DNA of 63,690 nt, filler included, from Lenisia limosa (taxonomy: Eukaryota > Protista > Breviatea), in NCBI GenBank assembly GCA_001655205.1. It is 10 parts of 10 records of this genome, joined end to end, with 100 filler letters (N's around TTAATTAATTAA, not from the genome) between each part and the next. Parts side by side here need not be neighbours in the genome. Positions count along the whole stretch, not along the records: positions 61,412 to 63,690 come from LPNZ01006341.1; 9 more parts are not named here. The stretch is one strand, 5' to 3'. Positions 61,432 through 63,690 of the stretch are shown piece by piece. Position 1 is the stretch's first letter. Every line of letters starts with the position of its first letter. Below the pieces are notes generated by a model that saw only the letters and a program-made list of their open reading frames with translations, was not told the DNA's origin and did not search any database. Made by a program: the position numbers and the translations under genes.

Positions 61432-63560
61432 GTGGTTGTTGTGGACGAATCCGGCCTGGTCGTGAATCACCTCCAACTTAGCGACCTCGGCGGCTTCGGC
61501 TCGGTCCAGACGAACGAGAAGAAGGCTGCTGCTCATGAGAAACTCAGCCAATTCCTCATTGATAACAAACCCGGAGTGGGTGTGGGACTTTGCGTAGGTT
61601 GAGTTGCGTGGGACTTTGCGTAGGTTAAGTTGCGTGGGACTTTGCGTAGGTTGAGTTGCTTGGGACTTTGGTGAGAGGGCTTCACTCCGGTCTAATAGAC
61701 TGAATATCTTCTTCTATCCTTTAAGCAATATTCTATCTGGAAATTATATCTCATTTTACAGACTGTTCTTGTGGCTGAATCCGACGTGAAAACAAGGCAT
61801 CTCTTCCAAGACATCACAGCAACAATGCAGAACGTCATGGTATGAACGCCAAACAAACTAGGATCAAAAAGCTCTGTTGGCTGAACTGTTGATAAGCCTT
61901 GATCCCCCACAGGGGTCTGCAGACCTAGGAATTTTGATGATACTATTTTTCGGAGACTAGATATTTGAAGATATGTCAGCGATCTGACTCGGGGATCTGG
62001 TTTCTAATAACAGTCAATAATAATATCTTTGAAACATTTTTGATACTTTTGGAGAGTGAAAAATAATAATAATCGTATTATTTGTTGGAGATCTGAAAAT
62101 ACCCATATCTGTGGCCCCTTACCCCCCCCCCCCCAGGCCAATANNNNNNNNNNNNNNNNNNNNNNNNNNNNNNNNNNNNNNNNNNNNNNNNNNNNNNNNN
62201 NNNGTCGATGTCACTGTTCTACGCTCCTCTGACTTTGGCAACTCCGTGGGCAGCCGGGCCGGGTGAGGCCGAGTTCCCTCGATACCCCGCGTCCCTCCGA
62301 CAAGCCATCTACCTGTGCCGACATATGCAGGTTCCTGGGGGGGGGGGTGAAGTTGGACCTTTGGACCTGGTGTGTCTTGGGTAATGGATGTAAAGCAACG
62401 GGGTAATGGATGTAGAGCAAATGGATAATGCATGTAGAGCCCGGTTGCCAGCACTGCGTCCTTGTTTGATACGGCCAACACGATTTGCTCCGTACGGCTC
62501 CATGCCCTCCAAGGAGACGTGCCCAAGTCCATGCTGCTCAAGTCGTACACGCAGATGATGCGGCAGGTAGTGGCCTACTCCGGAGTCAACGTGTTGGAGG
62601 CGGCGGCACATCGCCATTTCTCAAACCACCTGCAGTTCGTGCCGGGCCTTGGTGGGTCCTGTGGATTACACCTATGCCTCTTTTTTGTTTTTTGTGCTTC
62701 ACTTTGAATTTCTCGATAATTCGTCGACACTTTTCGATATCTTTTCGGACCGAAATCTATCTGTATCCCAAGATAATCAAGATCATGCAAAGCAATGACA
62801 TTTTAGGCCCCCGTCTGGCCCACTCCCTGCTTGATCGCATGTTCCGTAATCCCAACGAGCTCAACGCCCGAACAGACTTCGTGTCCACAGGATACATGGG
62901 CAAATGCATCTTCATCAATGCCTCCGCATTCCTTCAGTACGCTGCATACTGTCTTCCTTATCTAAGCATCCCTTAAAGTCGAATGCTTTTCCCTCGCTAT
63001 AGTCCTTAGATCTGCCGTTTACCCCCTCCCTTTTTTTTCTGTTTCATAAATGTTCCTAAGTTTAACACCGCAGTTTCGGCTACTTCAGCCACCTGGAGGA
63101 CATGCTTGTGGATGCAGACCCCTTAGACACAACCCGAATCCACCCCGAGAGCTACGAGACTGCCATCAACATTTGCCGCAACGCCTTGGGCGGAGGTGGG
63201 CTACTTGGCTGTTGCCCTGGCTTTGTCGTCTGTGGTGTTTGTTGGGTTTCACCAGAGGATGTGATCTTTTCTACAATGTTGTTGCTTTCTGAACAAACTG
63301 ACAGCTCAACAATAGCATTTTCCATCCATCATCATGGCTTTATCCCTCATTTGGGTTTCAAAAGACCAGTATTTTATTATTATTATTATTATTTATTTTA
63401 TTTTATTTCGAGGATGATTACATAAATGACCTTTTCCGACCAAAATGAAGCCCTATCCCTCACCGTTCCAGAGGACAACGAAGACTCAGCCGAAGCCACC
63501 ATGAAGGTCATTCAGAACCCCGACCCTCTTGAGGACTTGGATCTCGAGGCTTATGCAAAG
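61432..63560 (+). CDS. SPT6: Transcription elongation factor SPT6, internal fragment
   Basis: YqgF-like VVVVDESGLVVNHLQL, EAEFPRYPASLRQAIYLCRHMQ, LQFVPGLGPRLA (HhH), MGKCIFINASAFL, DPLDTTRIHPESYETA, PDPLEDLDLEAYAK. Confidence 0.93.
61582..61670 (+). repeat. 26-bp tandem repeat at start of a SPT6 intron
   Basis: GTGGGACTTTGCGTAGGTTGAGTTGC at 61582, 61608, 61634 and 61660 (partial). Confidence 0.85.
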
Positions 63561-63690
63561 GTAAACTCTAGGGATTGACCCCTGTGGAAAACAGTGCCAA
63601 TTTCAGAGAATTGACTTTGACTGATAATTGTTGGGTTGATAATTTTGTAGGAAGATGCTTTTTTGTTCAAAATAAGAAATGTACTCCCCC

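Overview
This window is eukaryotic nuclear DNA from an intron-rich, gene-dense unicellular eukaryote (protist-like; I cannot name the species from sequence alone). It is not one locus. Nine identical artificial linkers (44 N + TTAATTAATTAA + 44 N) join ten separate scaffolds, so adjacency across linkers has no biological meaning, and many internal N gaps sit beside G/C homopolymers. I spliced the genes by eye. All junctions I read were GT-AG, introns are mostly about 35-150 bp, the standard code fits, and the well-supported stops are TAG/TAA. Recognisable genes: an NF-X1-type zinc-finger protein, a C2-domain protein, an SLC35F-like transporter fragment, a thioredoxin-like ER membrane protein, mitochondrial-type L-threonine dehydrogenase, an ankyrin-repeat protein, ELP1, a Gln/Pro-rich protein, a kinesin, fimbrin/plastin, a DDX21-like helicase, a BAR-like protein, proteasome alpha-7 (PSMA3), a MED31-like exon and SPT6. 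The most unusual features are (1) a scaffold carrying a nearly intron-free, apparently disrupted gene with a ParB/sulfiredoxin-like DGNHR motif, flanked by repeat arrays; (2) a dispersed repeat that repeatedly forms the 3' end and acceptor of introns in sense orientation; (3) a strong intron polarity, with G-runs after donors and C-runs before acceptors; (4) at least three MITE families in introns; (5) a piggyBac-like remnant nested in a foldback inside an ELP1 intron; and (6) an inverted-repeat element built from palindromic 25-bp motifs. Exon boundaries and protein-family calls are manual and were not checked against any database.
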